Part shown: positions 37,240 through 48,625 of the stretch, one piece after another
How the letters are laid out: each line of letters starts with the position of its first letter
How positions within the stretch are numbered: the stretch's first letter is position 1
Assembly: GCA_002269645.1 (NCBI GenBank)
Contig: NIVC01001670.1
Span: 145,091-209,090, forward strand
DNA from: Macrostomum lignano
Lineage: Eukaryota
DNA length: 64,000 nucleotides
Direction: 5' to 3'
Notes under the pieces: model-generated
What the model saw: only the letters and a program-made list of their open reading frames with translations
Told to the model about the DNA's origin: nothing
The model's database searches: none
Made by a program: the position numbers and the translations under genes

Positions 37240-38140
37240 GAACAGGGTCGGCAAACTTTTTATCTGTGCAGGCCGGATTGAATTCTGGGACAGTACCACG
37301 GGCCAGAGAAAGAACTAATTTCTTGTTTTCTTTATCCACATTCAAAGTTCAGTGAAAATTGATTGAAAATGATGTTTTATTAAGTATCTATATTGTTTAT
37401 TTATTAAATGATAGCAAGAACAAGCACACAAAAATGAAAATTATGCACTAGTCTAATGACATACATTGAATGCAGTACAACTTACTTAATGCATCATCGA
37501 AAAAGTTCATTTTCCACATAATTTGACTGAAAATTAGGACTACATGTAAGTCAATGAGATTGATGGTGCTAGTGCTTGCGGATGAGGGACTCCAAGTTGG
37601 GAGCCAGAGAAGTGGAAGCCAGCAATAGCACGGTGTTAAGATTGTCATCAGTCAGCTAAGTGCGCAGGCGGCTCTTGTCTTGGCATACTTCATTTTGCTA
37701 AACAGCTGCTCGCAAATATATGTGCTACCAAAGATAGCAACTACACTGCAAACATGAGCAGAGAGGACTAGAAAAAGCTCTCTGTCCAAATGTGCACACA
37801 AACCCTTCCTCTCCCCTATCCTTCTGTGGAAGAGTACAGTAGGGCCTTCTCTCTCCCACAGCCCTTTTACCCTCCCTTCATTCTTCTGCCCTTGGTTGGG
37901 CCTTGCTTGGGTAGTGAGTATGGAGTTTGTGAAATCTGTTTGTGGGCCATATTAACATTAAGGAATAGCAAAGGGAAATGGGCCAGATAAGGAATCCTTG
38001 CAGGCCAGATTTGGCCCGCGGGAGTTTGCCGACCCCTGCTTTAGAAGAACCAAAACTCTGTCAAAAAAGATCAAAAGATGTTTTTTTCAAATGAAACCAG
38101 TTGCAGTTCAATAACTCTAATTTTTTAGGTTAGGCGGTAC

Positions 38141-38363
38141 CAGGTTTTTCTTTTTCGCCAGAGACAAGGTGCAAAATTGCACCCTATGCTCACTTTCATG
38201 GTGCAATTTCTCTTTTTTCTTATTTTAAGGCAGTGCGAATGAGGCTTAAATAGAAAAATAGGTTATGAGACTGCACCTAAACCGTACCAACATTTCAATT
38301 TCAAGGTGCAATTTTAAAATTTAAGGTGCATACGCACACTTTACGCACAAAAAATAAACCCAG
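38141..38363. mobile_element. Probable small MITE flanked by 8-bp direct repeat GGCGGTAC
   Basis: GGCGGTAC at 38133-38140 and 38364-38371; TIRs only imperfect (CAGGTTTTT / AAATAAACCCAG); removing it helps restore the 1.29-kb mariner length. Confidence 0.55.
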
Positions 38364-40171
38364 GGCGGTACAACAAAATTATCATTACTTTTTGACTGAC
38401 CCTCATATTGTAGAATTTTAATTTAAATATACTTAAAATATTTCCAAGAGAAAACTTGCAAAAACATGACTCTTACTTAGTCTTAAGTCTTATTATCAAT
38501 GGACAATGAGTAGATATGAGACAACCAACCGACAGCTATAGGAGTCAACATATTTCTATTAATAATACCATTGAAGTAAAAAACGAACTGTTAAAATGTT
38601 TACAAACTTATTTTAACTTACAACGATATTGAGGAGTCTTATTGTATTCAGTATAAGTGAGACCAATTTGTTTGAGAAGTTGCTTTTGATGGAGATGGCA
38701 ATGCCATTGGATTGGTATTTGGTTTGATTTATGAAGCCGACAACACAAACTCTTGAATATAGGGCTCGCTTTTCCTCGAATAGTTATAAACGATATCATT
38801 TTATTAGTAGCTATTACTTTCACCAAACTAGTGTTTGCACTAATACGATAGTTAGCTTAACTTAAAGTATTTATATTTTCTTGATTCAGTTCCTCGAAAA
38901 TTCCGAGTTAAGATGTTGCAGTTAAAAAGGAATAAACAAAGGGTTTGCTTGTAAGAGATAAAAATACGATTACACTCGGTTTTAGAAAAAATTAACTGAC
39001 TAATCTTTAAAATCAGGAAAAACTTGCGAATAAATATAACGTTTTAATTTCAAGATAAAATTCTAGCAAGTTCCTGAGTTAAGATGAAGGAATTAAATTT
39101 TTCGGCTTGGAATCATTTAAACCTTAATTCGACAATTGCGGTAGACAGTTTCATTTTTTTCAAAACATTTCGAAAAGTATATTTAAGGCTTTAAGGCCCA
39201 ATAAGCAAAAAAGAGTCATCATATCGCACGATTGATATATAATGCAATGAAAAATATATGTACTAGCCGTGTAATCAAGAAAATGTTGCCATACGTACTG
39301 GAGTGGCGGCCGGGTATGAACGTTGCTTAACATTTCTTGATGCAGATTACATTGTATAGTTTACAGGTTCATTTAGTCCTATCTAGCACATATTTTTACA
39401 TGTTTTCCGGGCGTGTCTTTTAAGCTTTCGTGTGATGTACGGTACCGTATATTGTTGCATTGGTCTGGCCCAGTGGCTCCATGTTCAATTCTCTCATTAT
39501 CTTGACTTTCATAAAGTGAATCTGATGTTTACAATAACGTAATAATAATAATGCCTTACTCAATTGAAGGTACAAATACTTATCTAGATACATATCGTAG
39601 CGCTATGCTGCTATGCTGTCTCTCTCCTTATCCTCGCTCTTGTTGGGCCGGTGGATCAAGCCGGGTTTGGGGGGCTATGGCCTTGGCCTACGCTCCCCGC
39701 CCGTTATAAAAGCTACATGTAGGACCAATCTTAACTTATAAGAGATAAAAAACCGTGCAAGAGTGCACATGCAGAGCATGCAAGCAATTAAATGCTAATT
39801 GACAGGACTTCAAACCTGCCAAAAAGTTTTCTGCTTTTATTCAAATAATTTTGAAACTGCTGTCAATGAAGACTGTTTGTTAAAGATAATGGAAGCACCG
39901 GAAGTAGAAAAGCCGCGTTAATATTGCATGCAGTAGAGCTGACAGATTCATTTTTAATGGTAAATCAAATAAAAAAAGCATTTTCCCACTACGACATGAA
40001 TAGAACAATCTAATGGTTTCGATTGTAATTTACATGCAACACAGCGACCAATCAAACGGGAAAAGTTAGTTATGAATGCATCTATATTGCATTGTAAACT
40101 GGTAAAATACCGAGCCCACTTGGGAAGAGCCAATGTGGGAGAGCTTATGTAGGAAAGACCTGTCATCAATT

Positions 40172-40882
40172 TTAGCGACTGGCCTCTCCGTTGCTACTCG
40201 ACACTGGCCGAGGGGTTGCCAGGTGCCGCGCCACGGCCTCCTCGCCGAGGGCGGCCAGCTGGCCGGGCGAGCAGCAGTCGTCCAGCCAGTCCAGGACGCC
40301 GTCCAGCAGGCTGCCGCAGTCGGCGGTGGCGCCCAGCCGGCTAGCAAAGGAGCCGGCCAGATGGTCCGCGACGTGCCGGAAGACGGCCAGCTTGGCAGCG
40401 TCCGCGCTCGCTCCGGCGGCTGACTGGCCGCCGTCTCGGCTGACCCGGCGCTGATAAACTCGATTGATGAGGCGCGCAGCTTCCGTCTGTTTGCGCAGGG
40501 CGGCCAGCTGTCTATCGAGCTGATCGCGCTGGCGCATCAGCGCCTCAAAGTGGCTGATGGCCGCCTGAAGGGTGGCCGCCCGGCTCGCCCGCCCAGCCGG
40601 AGACAAAGGCGCCTCTCCAGAGCCGAAGGCCGGCTCCTCGGCGCTGCTGCCGCCAGTCAGGGCGGCCAATTCGGCGTAGGCGGCCTTGATGGAGTTGCGA
40701 CGGCGCTGCTCCGACTGCGAGTGGGCGCGACGCTTCTGCAGGTCGTCGGGGCTGCCGCCACCGCCCCCGCCGCCGCCGCCGCAGCCGTGTGTCTCCGGCT
40801 GCTGCTGCGACTGCGACTTGCGACTCTGAAGTGCAAGAAGGGAAGTCAGCTCGGAGGGACTCTCAAGTGGTATAAAGTACAT
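40172..40882 (-). CDS. Divergent Mlx-like bHLH-Zip protein with DCD-like C-terminus; single exon from ATG 40882 (236 aa) or spliced at the acceptor at 40826
   Basis: Basic region KRRAHSQSEQRRRNSIKAAYAEL (H-E-R kept), helix 2 SRAATLQAAISHF, zipper, and AKLAVFRHVADHL...VLDWLDDCCSP aligning to the Mlx DCD VKFSVFQSVMDQL...ITWLEEQCRP. Confidence 0.85.
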   Translation of the reverse strand: MYFIPLESPSELTSLLALQSRKSQSQQQPETHGCGGGGGGGGGSPDDLQKRRAHSQSEQRRRNSIKAAYAELAALTGGSSAEEPAFGSGEAPLSPAGRASRAATLQAAISHFEALMRQRDQLDRQLAALRKQTEAARLINRVYQRRVSRDGGQSAAGASADAAKLAVFRHVADHLAGSFASRLGATADCGSLLDGVLDWLDDCCSPGQLAALGEEAVARHLATPRPVSSSNGEASR

Positions 40883-42049
40883 CCAAATCCAACTGGTACT
40901 AACATGATCTGTTTCTGTCCCTGTAGACCAAAATGCTATATTTCGACCATTAAAATTTTTCCCGCCGTGCAAGCTTTTAGCGCTACAATTCTATACTTTC
41001 TACTTATCAGTAGATGATCTCTACAACTCCCTAAATTTATTTTCTACCCTAAACCTAAATTATTGTGCAATCTAATATAGAAACAGAAAAAAACCTTAAG
41101 TGGGCAGGTGTGCAGCCAACGGCACAGCCGCTGTGATTGTGTACTGTTAGGGGGAGGCGCTACCCTATCACAGAGAGACAAACTAGTTCAACAGCGCACT
41201 AACCGCAGCCAACAGCATAGAAAATAAATAAAATTCACAGTCTAGGATGCCCTCTTCGACAACTGCATAAAAATGATGAAATACATTTGCTTATTATATT
41301 TCCGAATGATTGGAACGCAGCTAAAGCAATATAAAGCATCAGTGAAAAAAAGAAGCTTTCTTGAATAGATGGCCGAACATAGCCATTTATATTACTAATG
41401 TAAGTAGTGTGACTCAATTATTTCTTAGATAAATATGTCCGCAGAAGTGCAATTGAGCGCTCACAGCAGGTGCTCAAACTGGTGCTCAAATTAGCACTCA
41501 GAATCGATGGGAAAAATTGCCTAGAAAAGCAGCTAAGGCAACGCCAGACACTGTGAAGCATTTAAAACTAGTAATCCAAGAGCCAGAGTTTTTAGCACAA
41601 TGGACCCGCATCTGACTACTGTAACTAGTAGGAGTGAAGAGCAGAGATTAAAACCAACAAAAGACTGCAGTGAAAGTCTGCTATTAAAAAAGTAAGAATA
41701 AAACATATTGTAAGAAAATAGGAGTTAAACTCAAGAGTAAGATTCTCATTGGATTCTTTGAGACAGAGCAGAGCAGAGCAAAATAATAATATAATTAGTT
41801 CCAAGAATGAATAGCAAACACATTGCACTATTGACAATGCCTAACTCTCTACTGAAACTGTCTTTTAAGCAGTATATAAGTAATATAGAGCAGTTTGAAC
41901 CAGTATACAGAAATCTATGGAATACTCACTCCAAGCTCTACCTCCAGTCTGTTCCAACCAAAATTGTACTAGTGAATGAAGACGCTGTCGTCTTCAAAGG
42001 TGGGACGATGGTTTATATATTGTGTTTTTATCCTTTTATGGCTATGACA

Positions 42050-44965
42050 TATGCCCCTGGCATTAGTTAGTCTAGTGGTCTAGTGGGGGCTGGCCGCCCC
42101 CACGCCCCTGGCATTAGTTAGTCTAGTGGTATAGTGGGGGGCTGGCCGCCCCCACGCCCCTGGCATTAGTTAGTCTAGTGGTATAGTGGGGGCTCGCCGC
42201 CCCCACGCCCCTGGCATTAGTTAGTCTAGTGGTATAGTGGGGGCTGGCCGCCCCCCACGCCCCTGGCATTAGTTAGTCTAGTGGTATAGTGGGGGGCTGG
42301 CCGCCCCCACGCCCCTGGCATTAGTTAGTCTAGTGGTATAGTGGGGGGCTGGCCGCCCCCCACGCCCCTGGCATTAGTTAGTCTAGTGGTATAGTGGGGG
42401 GCTGGCCGCCCCCACGCCCCTGGCATTAGTTAGTCTAGTGGTATAGTGGGGGGCTGGCCGCCCCCACGCTCCTGGCATTAGTTAGTCTAGTGGTATAGTG
42501 GGGGGCTGGCCGCCCCCACGCCCCTGGCATTAGTTAGTCTAGTGGTATAGTGGGGGCTGGCCGCCCCCACGCCCCTGGCATTAGTTAGTCTAGTGGTATA
42601 GTGGGGGGCTGGCCGCCCCCCACGCCCCTGGCATTAGTTAGTCTAGTGGTATAGTGGGGGCTAGCCGCCCCCCACGCCCCTGGCATTAGTTCTTCTAGTG
42701 GTACGCTCGTATAGTGGGGGGGGGCTTGCCGCCCCCCACGCCCCTGGCATTAGTTAGTCTAGTGGTATAGTGGGGGGCTGGCCGCCCCCCACGCCCCTGG
42801 CATTAGTTAGTCTAGTGGTGTAGTGGGGGCTGGCCGCCCCCCACGCCCCTGGCATTAGTTAGTCTAGTGGTATAGTGGGGGGCTGGCCGCCCCCACGCCC
42901 CTGGCATTAGTTAGTCTAGTGGTATAGTGGGGGGCTGGCCGCCCCCCACGCCCCTGGCATTAGTTAGTCTAGTGGTATAGTGGGGGGCTGGCCGCCCCCC
43001 ACGCCCCTGGCATTAGTTAGTCTAGTGGTATAGTGGGGGCTGGCCGCCCCCACGCCCCTGGCATTAGTTAGTCTAGTGGTATAGTGGGGGCTGGCCGCCC
43101 CCCACGCCCCTGGCATTAGTTAGTCTAGTGGTATAGTGGGGGCTGGCCGCCCCCACGCCCTGGCATTAGTTAGTCTAGTGGTATAGTGGGGGCTGGCCGC
43201 CCCCACGCCCCTGGCATTAGTTAGTCTAGTGGTATAGTGGGGGCTGGCCGCCCCCCACGCCCCTGGCATTAGTTAGTCTAGTGGTATAGTGGGGGGCTGG
43301 CCGCCCCCACGCCCCTGGCATTAGTTAGTCTAGTGGTATAGTGGGGGGCTAGCCGCCCCCACGCCCCTGGCATTAGTTCTTCTAGTGGTACGCTCGTATA
43401 GTGGGGGGGGGGCTTGCCGCCCCCCACGCCCCTGGCATTAGTTAGTCTAGTGGTATAGTGGGGGGCTGGCCGCCCCCACGCCCCTGGCATTAGTTAGTCT
43501 AGTGGTGTAGTGGGGGGCTGGCCGCCCCCCACGCCCCTGGCATTAGTTAGTCTAGTGGTATAGTGGGGGGCTGGCCGCCCCCACGCCCCTGGCATTAGTT
43601 AGTCTAGTGGTATAGTGGGGGGCTGGCCGCCCCCCACGCCCCTGGCATTAGTTAGTCTAGTGGTATAGTGGGGGCTGGCCGCCCCCACGCCCCTGGCATT
43701 AGTTAGTCTAGTGGTATAGTGGGGGCTGGCCGCCCCCACGCCCCTGGCATTAGTTAGTCTAGTGGTATAGTGGGGGGCTGGCCGCCCCCACGCCCTGGCA
43801 TTAGTTAGTCTAGTGGTATAGTGGGGGCTGGCCGCCCCCACGCCCTGGCATTAGTTAGTCTAGTGGTATAGTGGGGGGCTGGCCGCCCCCACGCCCCTGG
43901 CATTAGTTAGTCTAGTGGTATAGTGGGGGGCTGGCCGCCCCCACGCCCCTGGCATTAGTTCTTCTAGTGGTACGCTCGTATAGTGGGGGGGGCTTGCCGC
44001 CCCCACGCCCCTGGCATTAGTTAGTCTAGTGGTATAGTGGGGGCTGGCCGCCCCCACGCCCCTGGCATTAGTTAGTCTAGTGGTGTAGTGGGGGCTGGCC
44101 GCCCCCACGCCCCTGGCATTAGTTAGTCTAGTGGTATAGTGGGGGGCTGGCCGCCCCCCACGCCCCTGGCATTAGTTAGTCTAGTGGTATAGTGGGGGCT
44201 GGCCGCCCCCACGCCCCTGGCATTAGTTAGTCTAGTGGTACGCTCGTATAGTGGGGGGCTTGCCGCCCCCCACGCCCCTGGCATTAGTTAGTCTAGTGGT
44301 ATAGTGGGGGGCTGGCCGCCCCCACGCCCCTGGCATTAGTTAGTCTAGTGGTATAGTGGGGGCTGGCCGCCCCCACACCCCTGGCATTAGTTAGTCTAGT
44401 GGTATAGTGGGGGCTAGCCGCCCCCCACGCCCCTGGCATTAGTTCTTCTAGTGGTACGCTCGTATAGTGGGGGGGCTTGCCGCCCCCCACGCCCCTGGCA
44501 TTAGTTAGTCTAGTGGTATAGTGGGGGGCTGGCCGCCCCCCACGCCCCTGGCATTAGTTAGTCTAGTGGTATAGTGGGGGGCTGGCCGCCCCCACGCCCC
44601 TGGCATTAGTTAGTCTAGTGGTATAGTGGGGGCTGGCCGCCCCCACGCCCCTGGCATTAGTTAGTCTAGTGGTATAGTGGGGGCTGGCCGCCCCCACGCC
44701 CCTGGCATTAGTTAGTCTTGTGTATAGTAGGGGGCTAGCCGCCCCCACGCCCCTGGCATTAGTTTTTCTAGTGGTATAGTGGGGGCTGGCCGCCCCCCAC
44801 GCCCCTGGCATTAGTTAGTCTAGTGGTATAGTGGTATAGTGGGGGGCTAGCCGCCCCCCACGCCCCTGGCATTAGTTAGTCTAGTGGTATAGTGGGGGCT
44901 GGCCGCCCCCACGCCCCTGGCATTAGTTTTTCTAGTGGTATAGTGGGGGGCTGGCCGCCCCCACA
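42050..44965. repeat. About 52-bp minisatellite (GGCATTAGTTAGTCTAGTGGTATAGTGGGGGGCTGGCCGCCCCCACGCCCCT), about 56 copies, with a recurrent longer variant unit
   Basis: Direct reading; variant TTCTTCTAGTGGTACGCTCGTATAG near 42690, 43380, 43960 and 44445. Confidence 0.97.
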
Positions 44966-45351
44966 CCCCCGCTCCCCCACCCCTCCCGCGCGTTGTTGTT
45001 GGGGAGGGTGGTTGTTGTTGTGGGGTTTGCGTAACGTGGGGGCTGCCGCCCCCACACCCCCGCTCCCCCACCCCACCCCTCCGCAACTCTTCTCACCTCT
45101 AACACATCTTTTTAGCATGCTAAAACTGCTTGTAAGCCTTTGGCGACCGCGCAACACATGATACTTGCCGATATGTATCGTAATATTTTTTCTGCACTAA
45201 CAAATCATCTGTGCCGCACTTTCAGCTTCACTCTTACTCTTTAATAAGGTATAGAAGGAAATGAAAATTAAACAATCAATATTAAATTATATTCAAGTGA
45301 AAGAGAATTGAAAATACTAATAAATCCGTTCCTGCTAAAAAAATTAAATTT

Positions 45352-45440
45352 AAAAAAAAAACTTGGCCCACTTGGGATTCGAACCCGTGTTTAGGCCATT
45401 TACAAAGCAACTGCCTTCGGCCCCGATCCATCTCTTGCTT
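45352..45440 (-). ncRNA. tRNA-like / SINE-head Pol III module inside element copy A
   Basis: Loose A-box TGGATCGGGG, exact B-box GGTTCGAATCC (45375-45385), then a T-run; acceptor stem does not pair, so not a functional tRNA. Confidence 0.45.
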
Positions 45441-47849
45441 AAGCGAAGCTCTACAGTGCACGCCCTTTATATCGAATATTCCCTATGGTAGCCACTTTTA
45501 CGATTTTTGCTGCTTTTTCATACATTTCTGCTCGCTGCATCGCAGCGCCTTCATCTAAAAATGCGAGTTGCATGTCGTTACAGAGATAACATCAAGGCGC
45601 ATTCATCTAATGCATTTTTAAAGTATGTCAACAAATTTTACGCCTCCTAGGCGCCAAATTGTGCATTTTCACCTGTTCTGACAGGTATTCAAACAGGTAT
45701 TAAGACCTATTAACTTAAGAATCAGTTTTCAAAACTAATTTAGTTGCACAGTGCATCCATAGTGCTGTTTTTAGACACCAAAATTGAGTCTCTAGGCCTT
45801 GCCAATGCAGAGTTATTAGCAAAAGTATGCTCAAAATTTGCCCAAAAATAGCCTTCTAAAAATTCGGAGCCAATTTTCTCAAAAATACGAATTTTCCAGC
45901 CATATTGGCGTATGACCGGTGTAACTTTAGCTATTCGACTAAACAATATTGAAAATGCAGAAAAATCGGTGCGCAAAAATTCTTATTTTTCGACTTCAAA
46001 GTTTGTACCCCCGAATGGGCCGTTTTTCACTTAACAGGTAAAAAGTACCTGTTAACAGAGGTTTTTTCAGGAGTGTTTTATGTCATTCAAAAGGGCATCC
46101 GATAGGCTACAATTTGACGCCATACTCGAAAAACTTTGCCCCATTTTAAAAAAATTTCCTTAACAACGTCTGATTTTCTGCAGTGCCCCCCGGCCTCTTT
46201 TTTCCCTGGTTTCCGGGTCACTGCTCAGCACAGGTAGGTCCAAATGCTTAGAAAATTTAGGAAAACAAATTTCCATATGTTTGACACGTCGTGTTAAAGT
46301 CTCAACACTGTAGCATAAAACACTTTTTCAAGTTTGAGGACTACTTTTTTAAAACGTGACCCAATTTTTCGAAAATGTCGTTTTTAGGCACTCTTTGGCA
46401 CCTGGGCAGGTTATTGATGGCCCAATCGGCCAAATCTCGATGTTTCCGATTAAAAGACATCCATTTGAGTTATTTGGTATACAAAACAGCAAAAATAAAG
46501 TTTTCCATCTCGACGCCATAGGCCTCACAAAAGTGCACTAAAAATTTGTACTTTTAAACAGCAGATAGGCAGCCATGTGAAAAGTACATTTTAGCCCTAA
46601 AAACTATAGCGCATCAAACAGCCCCAGGTGTTATTGACGCTATGAGGCAGCTCAAAGGCCGCGCTATCGCGCGTCCTTTTCGCTGCGGTGAGGCAAAGTT
46701 GAAAAAAATGCCGATTTTTCGACCTCAGAAAACACGTTTTTTGCACTTTTACCCTAAAAGTTAAAGTACAATCAAAAAATCCATTTCTGATCATTGTAGC
46801 GTTTGAATGCCCGCGTTTACTGAGCCCACTCGCTAAGCGCTGCCATATTCTCAATCCTTATTTTTTGAGATCAAAGTTTTTGACAAAGTCGAAAAAACGC
46901 AGTTTTTGGTTGCCATGGCAACCAAAACGCGTTGCCATAGCAACCAACTATTGTGCATCCGATAGCGCTAGGTCTTTGACACATTTTGGCAAAAACTGTT
47001 TGTAAATCGGTTGTACCGTTTTTTATTGGCAGCGTTTAAAAGTTGAAAAACGTCATTTTTAGTGTGTGCAACCACGTTACATCTTATCAGGGACGATTTC
47101 GCAAAAGTAAGCAGTATAGAAAAAAATTCTCGCTTCGCTCGCATTTTTTTCTATACTACTTACTGGCTCATCGTCCCACAACTAGTGAATGAAGACGCTG
47201 TCGTCTTCAAAGGTGGGACGATGGTTTATATATTGTTTGTAACTTTTATGGCCTAATTTTAAATTTAAAAAAAACTAAGAAGCTTAGTTGATTATAATTT
47301 AATTTAAACAAAGTTTAAGCATAACTGTTTAAAAAATTAATAAAAATACTTATGATGGTTTATTATGTACATTATTGTTTATGGCTTAATATAAATTTTA
47401 AAAAAAACTAAGAAGCTTAGTTGATTATAATTTAATTTAAACAAAGTTTAAGCATAACTATTTAAAAAAAATTAATAAAAACACTTATGATGGTTTATTA
47501 TGTCCATTATTGTTTATGGCTATGACCTATTTATTTAACCCAAATTAAGAACTAATTAAAACGCTATATCGTGTTTTTATATTTTACGGCTATGACGTAT
47601 GAAGAACTAAATAGCTTAATGGGCTACATTTTCAATTTGATTTAAACAAAGTGTATACATAACTGTGGAAATATAATAATAAAAAATATTTTATTAGATT
47701 ACAAGAATATCCACTCTGCTGTTGTGTAGAAAGGGTTGTTAAGGCGGTTGTTGTTGTTTGTTGGTTGTAAAAGGGGTTGTTGTTGTTGGGGTTTTTGTTG
47801 TTGTTGGGGTTGTTGTTGTTGTTGTTGGGGGGGGGTGGTTGTTGTTGGG

Positions 47850-48260
47850 GGGTTTGCGTAACGTGGGGGCTGCCGCCCCCACACCCCCGCTCCCCCACCC
47901 CTCCGCGCGTTGTTGTTGGGGAGGGTGGTTGTTGTTGTGGGGTTTGCGTAACGTGGGGGCTGCCGCCCCCACACCCCGCTCCCCCACCCCTCCCGCGCGT
48001 TGTTGTTGGGGAGGGTGGTTGTTGTTGTGGGGTTTGCGTAACGTGGGGGCTGCCGCCCCCACACCCCCGCTCCCCCACCCCTCCCGCGCGTTGTTGTTGG
48101 GGAGGGTGGTTGTTGTTGTGGGGTTTGCGTAACGTGGGGGCTGCCGCCCCCACACCCCCGCTCCCCCACCCCTCCCGCGCGTTGTTGTTGGGGAGGGTGG
48201 TTGTTGTTGGGGGTTTGCGTATTGTGGGGGCTGCCGCCCCCACACCCCCGCTCCCCCACC
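47850..48260. repeat. About 90-bp tandem repeat containing the GGGGGCTGCCGCCCCC hairpin, inside copy B
   Basis: Period 90 (47941, 48031); one unit also occurs in copy A at about 44965-45075. Confidence 0.9.
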
Positions 48261-48534
48261 TAACCCCTCCGCAAAATTTCCCACCTCTAACACATCTTTT
48301 TAGCACGCTAAAACTGCTTGTAAGCCTTCTTGCGACCACGCAACACATACTTGCCGATATGTATCGTAATACTCTTTCTGCACTAACAAATCATCTGTGC
48401 CGCACTTTCAGCTTCACTCTTACTCTTTAATAAGGTATACAAGGAAAGGAAAATTAAACAATTAATATTAAATTATATTCAAGTGAAAGAGAATTGAAAA
48501 TACTAATAAATCCGTTCCTGCTAAAAAAATTAAA

Positions 48535-48625
48535 TATAAAAAAACCTGGCTCACTTGGGATTCGAACCCGGGTACATGCAGTTTACAAAGCAACTGCCTT
48601 CGGCCACGATCCATCTCTCGCTTAA
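48535..48625 (-). ncRNA. tRNA-like / SINE-head Pol III module inside element copy B
   Basis: TGGATCGTGG ... GCAGTT-GCTTTGTA-AACTGC stem-loop ... GGTTCGAATCC ... T-run. Confidence 0.45.

Larger units (their letters stand above)
35847..38038 (-). mobile_element. Internally deleted hAT (Charlie/SPIN-type) element inserted upstream of the mariner transposase ATG
   Basis: TIRs CAGGG(G)TCGGCAAAC; exact 8-bp TSD CTTTAGAA at 35839-35846 and 38039-38046; C-terminal transposase remnant FGSTYICEQLFSKMKYAK / LTDDNL / HQSH at about 37560-37790 (minus). Confidence 0.92.
34507..38405 (-). mobile_element. Mariner element (host of a nested stack) with perfect 34-bp TIRs and TA TSD
   Basis: TGAGGGTCAGTCAAAAAGTAATGATAATTTTGTT at 34507-34540 is the exact reverse complement of 38372-38405; TA on both sides; subtracting the insertions leaves about 1290 bp. 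Confidence 0.95.
41969..47181 (-). mobile_element. Non-autonomous Helitron/Helentron-like element, copy A (5213 bp)
   Basis: On minus: starts TTGTGGGACGATG and ends CATCGTCCCAC-CTT-hairpin(TGAAGACG-ACAG-CGTCTTCA)-TTCA-CTAG. 11-bp subterminal IRs, a 14-bp stem-loop at about 47113-47157, no TIRs at the very ends, no transposase ORF. Confidence 0.72.

Noticed and set aside
38608-38826. 72-aa ORF as a PDHX presequence exon or transposase fragment (PIQWHCHLHQ)
   Set aside because: Weak donor, AT-rich, and motif similarity too slight
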